Shown: positions 63,700 to 64,000 of the stretch, one piece after another | Layout of the letters: each line of letters begins with the position of its first letter | How positions within the stretch are numbered: the first letter of the stretch is position 1 | Assembly: GCA_000388065.2 (NCBI GenBank) | Contig: KB932206.1 | Length of the DNA stretch: 64,000 nt | Direction: 5' to 3' (one strand) | Origin: Fonticula alba ATCC 38817 | Lineage: Eukaryota; Protista; Nucleariida | Notes under the pieces: generated by a model | Seen by the model: only the letters and a program-made list of their open reading frames with translations | Database searches by the model: none | Told to the model about the DNA's origin: nothing | Position numbers and translations under genes: made by a program

Positions 63700-63971
63700 C
63701 TAACCCTGGCCGGGCTTGAACTCGAATAGCACACCATCTCCCATCGGACACCCGATGGAGCACAACTCCCATTGATCTGTTCGTGATCCCTGGGCTGTCG
63801 GTCCGGCATTCTGCGTGATCATTCTCGGCGCCTTTTTGCTCCAAAGCCATGCCCATCTCACAACGAAGCGCGCCCCGTGTGTGGTGTGCTGAGAAGTCTT
63901 CTCGCCCCCCTCCCTGGGCCGGAGAAAAATCGGGCCCAAGGCTAAAAGCGATCTCACCTTCTCCCAGGTTG
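63700..63971 (-). CDS. Possible terminal exon of a gene extending beyond the right edge of the window
   Basis: Acceptor-like CCCTCGCAG at 63972-63980, then an open frame TWEKVRSLLALGPIFL...GVLFEFKPGQG*. No family recognised, and an alternative frame is also open. Confidence 0.2.
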
Positions 63972-64000
63972 CTGCGAGGGTGTGCGCGCGCGCGCGCGCG

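Noticed and set aside
63650-63830. SRP RNA (CAGG...AGCAG, ATCGGGTGTCCG) or U1 (GATCACGAA) resemblance on the - strand
   Set aside because: The helix-8 spacing is too short and lacks a GNRA loop; there is no U1 5' ACTTACCTG; the matches are isolated short words.

Overview
GC-rich, intron-rich eukaryotic nuclear DNA from a draft assembly with ten N-gaps. There is no sign of a prokaryotic operon, CRISPR array or intact transposon. I rebuilt spliced genes by hand from GT-AG junctions and protein motifs recalled from known families; no database search was possible. In order: RanGAP (+), NR2C2AP-like (-), DENN+RUN protein (+), PP2A catalytic subunit (+), a large multi-exon orphan gene (-), Get5-like ubiquitin-like protein (+), exocyst Sec15 (-), Raptor (-), BRICK1 (+), paxillin (+), CFIm25/NUDT21 (+), BUD13 (-), EBP2 (-), proteasome beta5 (+), RPS3 (-). 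The mix of fungal-type features (RanGAP with acidic tail only, Get5 N-domain, NUDT21 PGD) with amoeboid/animal-type genes (BRICK1, LD-motif paxillin, DENND5-like) suggests an early-branching holomycotan amoeba such as Fonticula; this is inference. Main observations: (1) a 5' splice-site consensus GT(G/A)CG(T/C), with C at +4 in all 28 introns counted; (2) an Illumina adapter plus a 160-bp duplication assembled inside Raptor, giving a false frameshift; (3) an orphan protein of roughly 1,400 aa; (4) a G-to-N change in the PP2A toxin-binding loop; (5) a truncated fungal-type Get5. I found no clear new multi-gene system; the ncRNA candidates are weak.
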